The position numbers were made by a program, and so were the translations under genes. Below are positions 19,282-28,662 of a stretch of 64,000 bases of DNA, one piece after another; position 1 is the stretch's first letter, and every line of letters begins with the position of its first letter. The stretch is from assembly GCA_964558645.1 (NCBI GenBank), contig CAZLEV010000005.1:160001-224000 (forward strand), written 5' to 3'. Origin of the DNA: an uncultured archaeon. GTDB lineage: Archaea > Asgardarchaeota > Thorarchaeia > Thorarchaeales > Thorarchaeaceae. Below the pieces are notes generated by a model. It did not search any database. It had not been told where the DNA came from and saw only the letters and a list, made by a program, of their open reading frames with translations.

Positions 19282-19905
19282 ATGGCCACCTATCTCAGAG
19301 CACGGACACCAGTGGACGGATGGAAGAGAGTCATCCGGAAGATTATGGGCTTCGGCATGACAAGAACAGACGAACGCGGAATGAGGACGAGATGGCTTGA
19401 CAATGTCATGGTGCATATTGTCGAACCCTACAAGGACAGAGTCACTGACTTGTATCCCTTCAGTGAGAAGGTTCTCAAGGAGAAATACGCCACCCAACTG
19501 CTGAGTCCCGATCGTCTGGATTTTGAGTATACGTATGGTGAACGACTCAACGCTTGGGGTGACGAGGAGATAGACCAGATCGAATACGTTGTACGCAAGC
19601 TGAAGGAGAACTTTCATAGCCGAAGGGCGGTGGCCACAACCTGGGACCCACGAGTCGACTCAAATCATGACGAAGTCCCATGTCTGAACCATTTTGTGTT
19701 CATGGAGCGGGATGGGCTCCTAGACCTTTCAGTGATGATCAGATCCAACGATATGTATGGGGCATGGCCTGCCAATGTGTATGCCATAGGCGAGCTTCTC
19801 AGAGATGTCGGAGGAAAGACAGGTCTCAGACCCGGGCATCTCACAACGGTATCTGTAAATGCGCACATCTACGAACATGACTGGAGCAGAGCTGCGCAGC
19901 TCTAA
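19282..19905 (+). CDS. thyA: Thymidylate synthase, archaeal ThyA type
   Basis: YTYGERL, SRRA, catalytic PC, RSND, WPAN, AHIY. Confidence 0.92.
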   Translation: MATYLRARTPVDGWKRVIRKIMGFGMTRTDERGMRTRWLDNVMVHIVEPYKDRVTDLYPFSEKVLKEKYATQLLSPDRLDFEYTYGERLNAWGDEEIDQIEYVVRKLKENFHSRRAVATTWDPRVDSNHDEVPCLNHFVFMERDGLLDLSVMIRSNDMYGAWPANVYAIGELLRDVGGKTGLRPGHLTTVSVNAHIYEHDWSRAAQL

Positions 19906-19999
19906 CCAAACATAAGGCGTGCTATTCATATAGTGCTTTAACTAACCTGTCACAAAAGGTTACCATATGTAATCTGGAAAACACCCACTCTGTGGGGGG

Positions 20000-20623
20000 T
20001 TGGCTCAGGTGGACAACATAGACAAAGAAATCATTTCGATTCTGTACAGAGATGGTCGAACTACGCTATCAGACATGGGCGACCAGCTGGGCATGTCACA
20101 TGTGGCTGTGAGCAAGAGATTGGACAGTCTCGTGAAAGAGGGGCTACTGCAGGTCACAGCCGCCGTGAGTGCCGAGAGGATGGACATGAAGATGCTGTTC
20201 ATGGGAATCGAGACCGAAAACATGGATGTAGCGGATAGGATAACCGAGAAGTACGAGGACTGTCCACGTCTTCTGATGCTTGCGCCGGTGACAGGGCGAT
20301 ACAACTTGTTTGCGGTGATGCTTGCAGAAGATACATGGAGCCTTGAGTCAATCATCGGAACCTGTAGCATGCGGACGGAACCAGGGGTGAGAAGATCTGA
20401 GACTTGGTTCGGAAACGCGCCGCTCGTCCCCGAGTATCTGCCGGTAGACCTCGCGCCGGAAAGAGAAGACAGCACTATCTCGCCCTGTGGAAGAAACTGT
20501 CTGAAGTGCCGCCGATATGAGAACGAGAAGTGTATAGGCTGCCCACCAACAGACTCCTACAAAGGCCTGCTCTGGGTCTCTCCGAAGACAAAACCGAAGC
20601 GGTCACGAAAAGGCAAGAGTTAA
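20000..20623 (+). CDS. Lrp/AsnC-family regulator with C-terminal Cys-rich metal-binding extension
   Basis: [16 protein letters not shown] HTH, RAM domain, C-terminal CGRNCLKC...CIGC. Confidence 0.85.
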   Translation: MAQVDNIDKEIISILYRDGRTTLSDMGDQLGMSHVAVSKRLDSLVKEGLLQVTAAVSAERMDMKMLFMGIETENMDVADRITEKYEDCPRLLMLAPVTGRYNLFAVMLAEDTWSLESIIGTCSMRTEPGVRRSETWFGNAPLVPEYLPVDLAPEREDSTISPCGRNCLKCRRYENEKCIGCPPTDSYKGLLWVSPKTKPKRSRKGKS

Positions 20624-20658
20624 TTTCTGTCACTGCCCGCCACACCCATGTGAACGAG

Positions 20659-21249
20659 ATGAGTGGTCCATTCATACATGACTTGGCTGTTGTAGACGAA
20701 GGAGCTCAGATCGGCAACGGGACACGTGTTTGGCATTTCGCGCATGTCAGAGGGTCCGCAAGAATCGGCAGGGATTGCATCATTGGAAAGGATGTCTATG
20801 TGGACGCAGATGTGGTCATCGGCGACCGGGTGAAGATTCAGAATGGGGTCTCCGTGTACCATGGAGTAACAATTGAAGATGATGTGTTCTGTGGACCACA
20901 CATGACCTTTACCAATGATATGTATCCCCGAGCCTTCAGTGAGACTTGGAGCGTCGTAAAGACTCTTGTGAAGAGAGGTGCCTCAATTGGAGCCCACGCA
21001 ACAATTGTCTGCGACACGACCTTGGGAGAATACTGCATGGTAGGAAGCGGCGCCGTGGTGACAAGAGACGTGCCAGATCACGGACTGGTCATTGGCAATC
21101 CAGCACGTCTAATAGGATTCGTGTGTACCTGTGGTCAACCTCTGAAGAAGGAAATCGAGCGGGATGACAAGACAGTAACGTTCGAATGCGGTGGATGCGG
21201 AGAAACAATCATCATCCCTAGGGAAGACTTCAAGCATAAGGTAAGGTAA
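20659..21249 (+). CDS. Hexapeptide-repeat N-acetyltransferase (WbpD/WlbB-like) with C-terminal Zn finger
   Basis: [34 protein letters not shown]...CGGC; start moved to ATG 20659. Confidence 0.87.
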   Translation: MSGPFIHDLAVVDEGAQIGNGTRVWHFAHVRGSARIGRDCIIGKDVYVDADVVIGDRVKIQNGVSVYHGVTIEDDVFCGPHMTFTNDMYPRAFSETWSVVKTLVKRGASIGAHATIVCDTTLGEYCMVGSGAVVTRDVPDHGLVIGNPARLIGFVCTCGQPLKKEIERDDKTVTFECGGCGETIIIPREDFKHKVR

Positions 21250-21255
21250 TAGCCC

Positions 21256-23337
21256 GTGTCACATGTTTACAAGAGATTCGTCCAAGAGAAGATAGCAGGT
21301 CTAATCGGCAATACGGAGAACATCAGAAACTGCACAGTCATTGCTCACATTGATCACGGTAAGACAACTCTCACTGATTCCTTGATTGCGGCATCGGGAC
21401 TCCTATCAGATCGCGTGGCTGCCAGAGCCAGGCTTCTTGACTACGACATGATAGAACAAGAGAGAGGCATCACTATCAAGGCATCTGGCATCTCGCTTCT
21501 TCACAAGCGAGGGGAGAGGAAACATCTCATCCACCTTATTGACACCCCGGGCCACATAGACTTCTCCAGTCATGTCACCAGAGGGCTCCGGCTTACTGAT
21601 GGAGCCATTGTTGTCGTGGATGTTATCGAAGGTATCATGGTGCAGACTGAAACGGTGACGCGTCAGGCCATGCAGGAACTGGTCAGACCCCTGCTCTTCA
21701 TCAACAAGATCGATAGACTGGTCAATGAGAAGAAACTTGATGCAAAGAAGATTGCATCTGAGATCAGCAAGGTGACACGCGAGTTCAATGGAATGCTCGG
21801 GAAGTATCTTGACGACGAGTGGCTGGAAGAATGGGAGGTATCATTCAACAAGAACTCTCTTGTAATCGGTTCAGCCCTCGACAAATGGGGAATTTCGCTC
21901 TCTACACTTCTCACTAAGACAGATGGAAGCAAGAACGAGACCCGTCTTGCGGAGGCCTTTCTTCACGTACTCAGCGAAGTCGTTGATTGCTACAAGAACA
22001 ACGACGAGGAGTCCCTCCACGATAAGTACCCTGTAGCCCCGGTGCTTCTTGATTCTCTTGTTGAGGTCATTCCAAACCCACCATCAGCTCAAAGGTACCG
22101 GATGGAGAGAATCTGGGAGGGGGACGTCGGTTCAGAAGCCGCAAGACCTTTTGTCGAGTGTGACCCGAAGGGCCCAACCGTGATTCTCGTGGGCAATGTT
22201 GAACCCGACCGACACGCCGGGACTGTTGCATCTGTACGCATATTCTCGGGTCAGCTTGAGAGAGCTGCACCCCTTAGAAACCTCAGATCAGATACGGTGA
22301 GCAAATCACTCCAGATTGGAATCTCAATGGTGAAGTCAAGAGTAGCCCTGCCATCGATTCCAGCTGGCAATCTTGCCTTTGTCACGGGAATGAGAAACAT
22401 CGCAATTGGAGATACGTTGGTGACGAGCGATACGGACATGGACACCCCCATGAAGGGGCTTCAATATCCAACAGAGCCAGTCGTTACCTACACCGTTGAA
22501 CCACAACTACTAAGAGAGCTTGCTGAGGTTCAGGAGGAAATCGCAGAATTCGCTGAGGCCGATCCCGCATTGGACTTCTATGTGAATCCCGAGACTGGAG
22601 AGATGTTGCTCTCTGGTGCTGGAGAACTTCACATCGAGATTACGGTGGAGAAGCTCGCAAGACAGGGAATACGAGTCAGGCTTGGAGAGCCAATAGTACT
22701 GCTGAAGGAACAGATGGCCAAGGACGGGGCGAGCAGCTCAGCAGGAACTGAGGAAGCAAGCAGCTTCACTGTCCGTGCAGTAATCACTCGCGAGGACGAG
22801 TCAGTGAGAGAGCTTGGTACGGTGATTGCATCGCACCTGTCCTCCTCATGCTATTTGATTGACCAGACTGGGAAGGTCGGGCCATACGATGACGAGACTG
22901 AATGGATACGAGAGGCATTTAATGCTGTAAGGAGAAGTGGGCCAGTTGCAGGAGAGCGTATGCGGAAAGTCACGCTGTTGATAGAGAAGGCAAGCATCAA
23001 GATGGAGTCACCCGAAACCTCTTGGAGAGACATAACTCAACCGCTCGTCAAGGCCTCTCGTCAGAGCATCAAGTCTGGCGAACCCAGAGTACTCGAACCT
23101 TGGATTCGCCTTGAAATCAGTGCACCGGAAGACTACGTGGGCGCCACAACCTCTATTCTTGCGAGAAGAAAGGGAAACATCATTGCAATCGATTCCGAGA
23201 AGATGCTGTACCATATCGAGGCAGAGATTCCTGTTCGCGAGTCCTTTGGTCTGGCCAACGAACTCCGAACATCGACGTCAGGTTGGGTCACGTGGGGAGC
23301 AAGACCCGGCGAATACAGAGAGATGCGATCTCCATAG
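21256..23337 (+). CDS. fusA: Elongation factor 2 paralog (aEF-2p type) lacking the diphthamide loop
   Basis: AHIDHGKTT, RGITI, DTPGH, NKID, GELHIE, C-terminal domain V; no HRG diphthamide motif in domain IV. Confidence 0.88.
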   Translation: MSHVYKRFVQEKIAGLIGNTENIRNCTVIAHIDHGKTTLTDSLIAASGLLSDRVAARARLLDYDMIEQERGITIKASGISLLHKRGERKHLIHLIDTPGHIDFSSHVTRGLRLTDGAIVVVDVIEGIMVQTETVTRQAMQELVRPLLFINKIDRLVNEKKLDAKKIASEISKVTREFNGMLGKYLDDEWLEEWEVSFNKNSLVIGSALDKWGISLSTLLTKTDGSKNETRLAEAFLHVLSEVVDCYKNNDEESLHDKYPVAPVLLDSLVEVIPNPPSAQRYRMERIWEGDVGSEAARPFVECDPKGPTVILVGNVEPDRHAGTVASVRIFSGQLERAAPLRNLRSDTVSKSLQIGISMVKSRVALPSIPAGNLAFVTGMRNIAIGDTLVTSDTDMDTPMKGLQYPTEPVVTYTVEPQLLRELAEVQEEIAEFAEADPALDFYVNPETGEMLLSGAGELHIEITVEKLARQGIRVRLGEPIVLLKEQMAKDGASSSAGTEEASSFTVRAVITREDESVRELGTVIASHLSSSCYLIDQTGKVGPYDDETEWIREAFNAVRRSGPVAGERMRKVTLLIEKASIKMESPETSWRDITQPLVKASRQSIKSGEPRVLEPWIRLEISAPEDYVGATTSILARRKGNIIAIDSEKMLYHIEAEIPVRESFGLANELRTSTSGWVTWGARPGEYREMRSP

Positions 23338-23339
23338 TT

Positions 23340-25628
23340 CTAGCGTCGAATGTAGAACCGACGACTCATCTCTTCACCGAGAAAAGCAAGCACGCGTCGA
23401 TCTACCATGGCAACATCATCCATCATCTTCAGAGCACGCGCCATATTGGAGAAGATGGCATTGAGATACGGTTGAGACCTCAGAGTCTCTGATTGATCAA
23501 CCATCTGCAGATAGGCCTCTGTTATCTTGATCAGACCCAGCCAGTCATCTGATAGTATGAAACTGAAGTGCGTATCTGAGAAGCGCTCGGCCAACCTTGG
23601 CTGCTGGGTGCGGTCAATTTTCGCGCTGTACCGGTTCTCCAGAACTAGAGCGAACTGAAAGAGGACACTTGAGAGGGACAATGCAGTCGCCTTGATGAAC
23701 TCCAAGGACTCGTCAAATGAAGAAACACTGGCCTCAACCTCCTGAAGCTTGACAGCTGAGTCATACAGACCAGAAGCAAGTTCTGAATAGTCTCTGTTCC
23801 GATAGAACAAATGAAGCGTCTTAGCCAAGCCCGTCTGGCCCCTCCAGTATTGAGCAAGAAGGGGGTCAGTGTTCTGCACGCTCTGTGTCACAGGGTCCGT
23901 GACCTCACCTGTCATCTCAAGCTTCACAGCATCGAGATTCAGCTTCGAAATAGCAAGAGCCTGCATCAGAGGGACAACATCCATGATTCCATTGTCCTGA
24001 CTAGCAAGAGACCTACAACGATTTCGAAGAGTCAGCCATGAATTGTTCATGAATGGTACGACAAGCGCTACGCCATCGATGAATACATCATCATTCGTTG
24101 CTCGAGCATCGGACAACATCCTATCGATGTCATCGAGAAGTCTCAGGAAACGATGCGGCATGGAGCCTCCGTGTCGAAGAGTCAACCAGACAGTGTTGTA
24201 TGTCGCTATTGCAACTTCTGTGAATGCACGGGTGTCAGTTGGAAACAAAGGCGTGTATTGGACTAGTAGACTTCGAATAGGCGCGTAATCATCTCCAATG
24301 GGAGTCTCAAGCTTACGAAGCCTTGACAATTCTAGACCGATCTGGCTTCCGAGCAGCACCAGTTCCGATATCTTTCCGTCGCCGAGGAGTTTCTTTCTCA
24401 TATCAACTGCACGTTCGAAGGCCTCAATGCCCGTGTCCCATAACTCATTGGACTCACACCCAAGACATAGCCAGCCTATCGAGTGCTCACAGACCGACAG
24501 CTCAACTTCTGCATCCTCGATTTGCTCAAGGATAGAACGGGCGCGGGAGAGATACTCTAGAGAGAGGGTGATGTTTCGATGGTCGCTCTGAAGACCGTGT
24601 GCGAATCCAAGGGCTGCAAGGCATCTGTAAAGGTGCATGTTCTGCTCCTGGGTAAGACCTTCCATGTCCTCATAGATGCTCAGGCACTCCTCCAGTCGCT
24701 CAATGGCTTCAGGAACTCCTTCAAACCACCCGTTTGCTAGGATGTTCGACCCAATCAGGAGATAGGCGAAACCGAGGTCATCTTTCGAAGCAAGTTCAAT
24801 ATTCACCGCTTCTCGGAACAGAGAAGTCGCTGTATCAGCTAGTGCTCTGGCGGTCTTGTGATGAACTGCGTCATCACGGGTCTCGTTGATGGCCAACTGG
24901 AGGGTCACATCCGCCAATTTGATGCTGTCATGCTCCTTCTTAGCAACGTCGGCAAGATTGTGCAAGATGGTACGCGACTGCTGGTACATTCCCAGCTCCG
25001 TCAGAACGGCAGCTTCATCCAGAGATACATCGAAATGTGTCGCCTCCATGTCCATGTCTTGAGAGAAACCAATCAGGCGGTTCAGCAGGACATCAGCACA
25101 GTCAAACATACCTTCACGAAGAAGCATGTGAATGGCATAGTGAGACTCATGGATAGCCAGTCTGGTAGACGCTTCATGACCACGTGCGAAGAGGGCCTCA
25201 AGGGTCAGCAAAGCTTCATCGGTGAGAAAGGGCAATAGGGGGCGCAGGTTGAGACTCATGGCCATGTACATGGACTGGGTGAGGTCACCCAGAATATCCA
25301 GTAAGACTGGGATTGCATGCACATCCGGGAGTAGCTCGCTCTCTTCTCGTCTATGTGCCGTTGTAAACCTAGTATCTAGTAGCTGAAGCATCTGAGGAAG
25401 GGTTCGGTCCTGCCTGAACGAAAGACGCACCGACAGTTCGGTGAGCTTTGCGCTGGCAATACCCGGCCTTCGAAGGAGGATCTCCTCAACTGCCCGGGCA
25501 ATCTCGAACGCAAGATCGACATCGTCTTCTCTCCGTCTTGATATGTTCTGAATCGCTGACAACCCGTCATCAAGAGACATGGCTCCACAGAGGATGTCTC
25601 TCAGTGTGACGATTGCCATTGATTCCAA
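23340..25628 (-). CDS. Large alpha-solenoid/TPR-like protein
   Basis: 762 aa helical Leu/Ala-rich protein with TPR-like units (LGFAYLLIG...EAIERLEECLSIYE; IEAFERAVDMRKK). Confidence 0.7.
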   Translation of the reverse strand: MESMAIVTLRDILCGAMSLDDGLSAIQNISRRREDDVDLAFEIARAVEEILLRRPGIASAKLTELSVRLSFRQDRTLPQMLQLLDTRFTTAHRREESELLPDVHAIPVLLDILGDLTQSMYMAMSLNLRPLLPFLTDEALLTLEALFARGHEASTRLAIHESHYAIHMLLREGMFDCADVLLNRLIGFSQDMDMEATHFDVSLDEAAVLTELGMYQQSRTILHNLADVAKKEHDSIKLADVTLQLAINETRDDAVHHKTARALADTATSLFREAVNIELASKDDLGFAYLLIGSNILANGWFEGVPEAIERLEECLSIYEDMEGLTQEQNMHLYRCLAALGFAHGLQSDHRNITLSLEYLSRARSILEQIEDAEVELSVCEHSIGWLCLGCESNELWDTGIEAFERAVDMRKKLLGDGKISELVLLGSQIGLELSRLRKLETPIGDDYAPIRSLLVQYTPLFPTDTRAFTEVAIATYNTVWLTLRHGGSMPHRFLRLLDDIDRMLSDARATNDDVFIDGVALVVPFMNNSWLTLRNRCRSLASQDNGIMDVVPLMQALAISKLNLDAVKLEMTGEVTDPVTQSVQNTDPLLAQYWRGQTGLAKTLHLFYRNRDYSELASGLYDSAVKLQEVEASVSSFDESLEFIKATALSLSSVLFQFALVLENRYSAKIDRTQQPRLAERFSDTHFSFILSDDWLGLIKITEAYLQMVDQSETLRSQPYLNAIFSNMARALKMMDDVAMVDRRVLAFLGEEMSRRFYIRR

Positions 25629-25685
25629 TATTCTTATCCCTCGACTAGGTCGAACTCGATGTGTTCCATGTTAAAAGCCTTCACG

Positions 25686-26393
25686 CTACTCAATCAAGAA
25701 CTCATTCCACGAACGTGAGGTCTCTGTCCCCCGCATTCGCTCCATCCTCACGTAATGACTGGGTCCTGAATCGGAATCTTCAATTCTGAATCGTAGGACA
25801 GCATCAGCGATGTATGAAAACGTCGCATAGGTCTTGTCATCGTGAACACCCTCCTCGAGAATGTACATGATACTGTGTGAGCCCTGTTTGAGTCGTCCGC
25901 TCAGACGTTGAACCGCACGGGGCATCTTGGCAGGATTGGAATGAAGGATAAGTGTCGAGAGGCTATCGATGACAACTCGGGCAACAACAAGGTTCTCAAG
26001 CACTTCCGAGAGAACTATCCCCAACTCACTGATATCATCCACCTTTGCAAGAGAGTAAGAACTCTTACTCTGAGGAGCGCCCATGCGTTCAGAGTAACCA
26101 TCAATGAAGACGAATTGGCCGGATTCTTCGTAGTCCTCAATCGACCAACCATGACGACTCATGTCATTTCGAATGACCCTGGGAGAAACGTCGGTGGTAA
26201 CAAATACTGCTGGAAATCCAAGACGAAGTCCCTCTGCAAGATAGCCCTCAGCATAGGTTGTCTTACCCGAACCTATCGGCCCGAGAAGCATGATTGATAC
26301 TTGCGTCAGCTGGCCGAATTCCACCAGATCGCCAAGCATGGGAGTGACTTTGGCCGGTTCTGAACCAGATGTCTCCGAGACCTTATCGTTCAT
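25686..26393 (-). CDS. Single-domain KaiC-like RecA-superfamily ATPase (degenerate catalytic EE)
   Basis: GPIGSGKT, TTDV in place of TxEE, RVVIDSLS, FSYIADAV, RMRG. Confidence 0.85.
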   Translation of the reverse strand: MNDKVSETSGSEPAKVTPMLGDLVEFGQLTQVSIMLLGPIGSGKTTYAEGYLAEGLRLGFPAVFVTTDVSPRVIRNDMSRHGWSIEDYEESGQFVFIDGYSERMGAPQSKSSYSLAKVDDISELGIVLSEVLENLVVARVVIDSLSTLILHSNPAKMPRAVQRLSGRLKQGSHSIMYILEEGVHDDKTYATFSYIADAVLRFRIEDSDSGPSHYVRMERMRGTETSRSWNEFLIE

Positions 26394-26411
26394 CTACAAT
26401 ACCTCTTCAGT

Positions 26412-27155
26412 CTAGCTGCCAGGACTGATCTCACCCGGCCATACTCTGATACCTTCATCAGTAATCCGCATAGAGTGAATGCGTGAGCTATGTTTCGAAC
26501 CCCTCAATTTCAGTACTTCTATCGATCGCGACCTTGATGTATCACTGATCTTCTCGTTGTAGAGCACTACTACGCCGGATGCCAGGAAGGCCTCTATGTC
26601 AAAGACACCAAGTCCCGTATCCCGGGCGGGTATCTCGCTGGTCAGGAGTAGGGTGGTGCCCTTCGCGGTTATGCTGGCACATAGTTTGAAGAATTCCTCT
26701 CGCAGAATGTCCCGGCTCTTGAACTTGTATGCCAGAATCGAGAGGGTGTCGATCACTACTCTCTTCGCATTGATTCGATCGATGTGGCTGTGGATTATCG
26801 CCTCCAGCCCTGAAAGGTCAAAGCTGGGATACTCATACAGGTTCTTCGGTTGAGGCCGTGCAGGAGACAGGTCAACAATGGCCATCTTCTCCTGTTTCAC
26901 CATCTTTTCCAGATCCATACCGAATCTCATCATGTTCCGCTTGATTGCACTGGGGGCCTCCTCTAGAGTTACCAGAACGCCAGGTTCGTCGTAGACGGCG
27001 GCGCCCTTGTAGATGAACTGATTGGCAAGAATGCTCTTGCCAGTGCCCGCCTTCCCTGCAACAAGTATCGTGTCACCCTTGGGAAATCCGCCCTCAATCA
27101 GGTCATCCAGACCAGGGATGCCTGTCTTAATCCGCTCAATTGTGTAGTCATTCAT
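26412..27155 (-). CDS. Single-domain KaiC-like ATPase
   Basis: TGIPGLDDLIEGGFP, GKAGTGKS, TLEE, RVVIDT, KLRGSKH. Confidence 0.92.
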   Translation of the reverse strand: MNDYTIERIKTGIPGLDDLIEGGFPKGDTILVAGKAGTGKSILANQFIYKGAAVYDEPGVLVTLEEAPSAIKRNMMRFGMDLEKMVKQEKMAIVDLSPARPQPKNLYEYPSFDLSGLEAIIHSHIDRINAKRVVIDTLSILAYKFKSRDILREEFFKLCASITAKGTTLLLTSEIPARDTGLGVFDIEAFLASGVVVLYNEKISDTSRSRSIEVLKLRGSKHSSRIHSMRITDEGIRVWPGEISPGS

Positions 27156-27484
27156 TAGTCAACACCTCTGCCATGTGAAAGACGAGACCCAAGTATCATC
27201 TTCAGGAGTGCCTCGGGTTCGGGTATGCCCGTGACAGCCACCCCTCCAATCATTATCGTAGGCAATGCAAAGACTCCGTATTCTTCTGCAACCTCGGGGT
27301 TCTCAGAGACATTGATTGTATTGACTCTGAACATGTCAGACTCGAACTCACCGATGGTCTCCAACAGAACTTCTTCAGCACGGGGACAGAAGGCACAGGT
27401 GTCAGACTTGAAGAAGACTATCTCTATCTGAGAGAAATCAGCGTCTTGTTCGACCGCTTCTTGACTCTCTCCATCTTCAACCAA
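27155..27484 (-). CDS. Thioredoxin-fold protein (CAFC), translationally coupled to the KaiC-like gene
   Basis: CxxC, NPEVAEEYGVFALPT; stop overlaps the next start (TAATG). Confidence 0.85.
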   Translation of the reverse strand: MVEDGESQEAVEQDADFSQIEIVFFKSDTCAFCPRAEEVLLETIGEFESDMFRVNTINVSENPEVAEEYGVFALPTIMIGGVAVTGIPEPEALLKMILGSRLSHGRGVD

Positions 27485-27573
27485 TGAACCGTCTCCTGGA
27501 CCGCACCGAGGCTAAGGCGCATGAGGTAACAAATCACTTGAATGTTTCTCACACATCTCTCTGTTGTTGGAGG

Positions 27574-27951
27574 CTATTCCATGAGATGTCGAATCTTGGT
27601 GGCGGCCTTACCAACAGCCCGTGCATGGTATCTGATTCGCTTTGGCATGAGGGCTGCAAGAATGAACGGCTGACGTGTTCCTGTAACCTTCTTGAAGACT
27701 GCTTTTCCCTCAGAACAGCGAACAGTGATATCGCGGAGCTGTCCCAAGCTCAGTTCATCTCTCATCCGTTCAACAGTAGATGCAACATACCCCGACATAG
27801 CAGCGACCACCTCTCGATTTGTGGTAGGGCTTGCAGCAGAGGCCATGAGCAGGCCGTCTTCTCTAGCCAGTATGGACGCGCGAAATCCGCCCTCTCTGTT
27901 CATCTCTTCCAGGATATCTGCCAAGGCTCTGTAGTCAGGACGCTTATCCAT
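27574..27951 (-). CDS. Roadblock/LC7 (MglB-like) protein
   Basis: ASILAREDGLLMASA...VAAM; typical 125-aa size. Confidence 0.88.
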   Translation of the reverse strand: MDKRPDYRALADILEEMNREGGFRASILAREDGLLMASAASPTTNREVVAAMSGYVASTVERMRDELSLGQLRDITVRCSEGKAVFKKVTGTRQPFILAALMPKRIRYHARAVGKAATKIRHLME

Positions 27952-28110
27952 GTCTCACACCCGGTCCTAGGACCGCATGCTCAGAATTGCGCATTGCTTA
28001 TTAAACTATGACCTGCTCTACTCTAAACCAGTAAGTATTCTCTCTGTTGAAGGATGTGTTCCGTCACAGTAGGATTTTAAGGCCGATTACTTATCAGAGA
28101 TTATAGGGAA

Positions 28111-28653
28111 GTGAATAGTGTGCCAGCCGAATACCGATTCAAGGTCGTCATGCTGGGAGATGGAGCAGTAGGCAAGACTGCGCTAACCACACGGTTCACT
28201 CAAGATCATTTTAGTGCTGATTACAAGCGTACGATTGGAAGCGATTTTGCTGTCAAGCGGTTGGTTCTACCTGAACAAGACAGTAATGTCACCCTTCAAG
28301 TCTGGGATCTTGCAGGTCAGCCCAGATTCGAAATCGTTCGACAGTCATTCTATCGCGGGGCAAGAGGTGCACTCCTTGTCTACGATGTCACCCGAAGGAG
28401 GACATTCCTCAATCTCGACCGCTGGCGAAAGGAAGCGTATGATAACACAGGCCGCGAGATTCCAGTAATTGTCGTCGCAAACAAAGTGGACCTTGAAGAC
28501 AGCAGAGTAGTGCAGCCCGAGATGGGCGAGCAGTATTCCGAGAGCATCGGCTCCATATACGTTGAGTCAAGCGCATTGACCGGGGAGAACGTTGAGAAGG
28601 CATTTGAGCAGCTATGCAAGGTCATGATTGACTCGAGTAGAAGCAGGTCCTGA
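28111..28653 (+). CDS. Rab-like small GTPase
   Basis: GDGAVGKT, TIGSDF, WDLAGQ, FYRGA, NKVD, ESSA; no C-terminal prenylation Cys motif. Confidence 0.93.
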   Translation: MNSVPAEYRFKVVMLGDGAVGKTALTTRFTQDHFSADYKRTIGSDFAVKRLVLPEQDSNVTLQVWDLAGQPRFEIVRQSFYRGARGALLVYDVTRRRTFLNLDRWRKEAYDNTGREIPVIVVANKVDLEDSRVVQPEMGEQYSESIGSIYVESSALTGENVEKAFEQLCKVMIDSSRSRS

Positions 28654-28662
28654 AACGTACGA

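Noticed and set aside
25686-27484. A bona fide circadian KaiABC clock
   Set aside because: No KaiA, single-domain ATPases, and the thioredoxin-fold protein keeps CxxC; retained only as a KaiBC-like hypothesis
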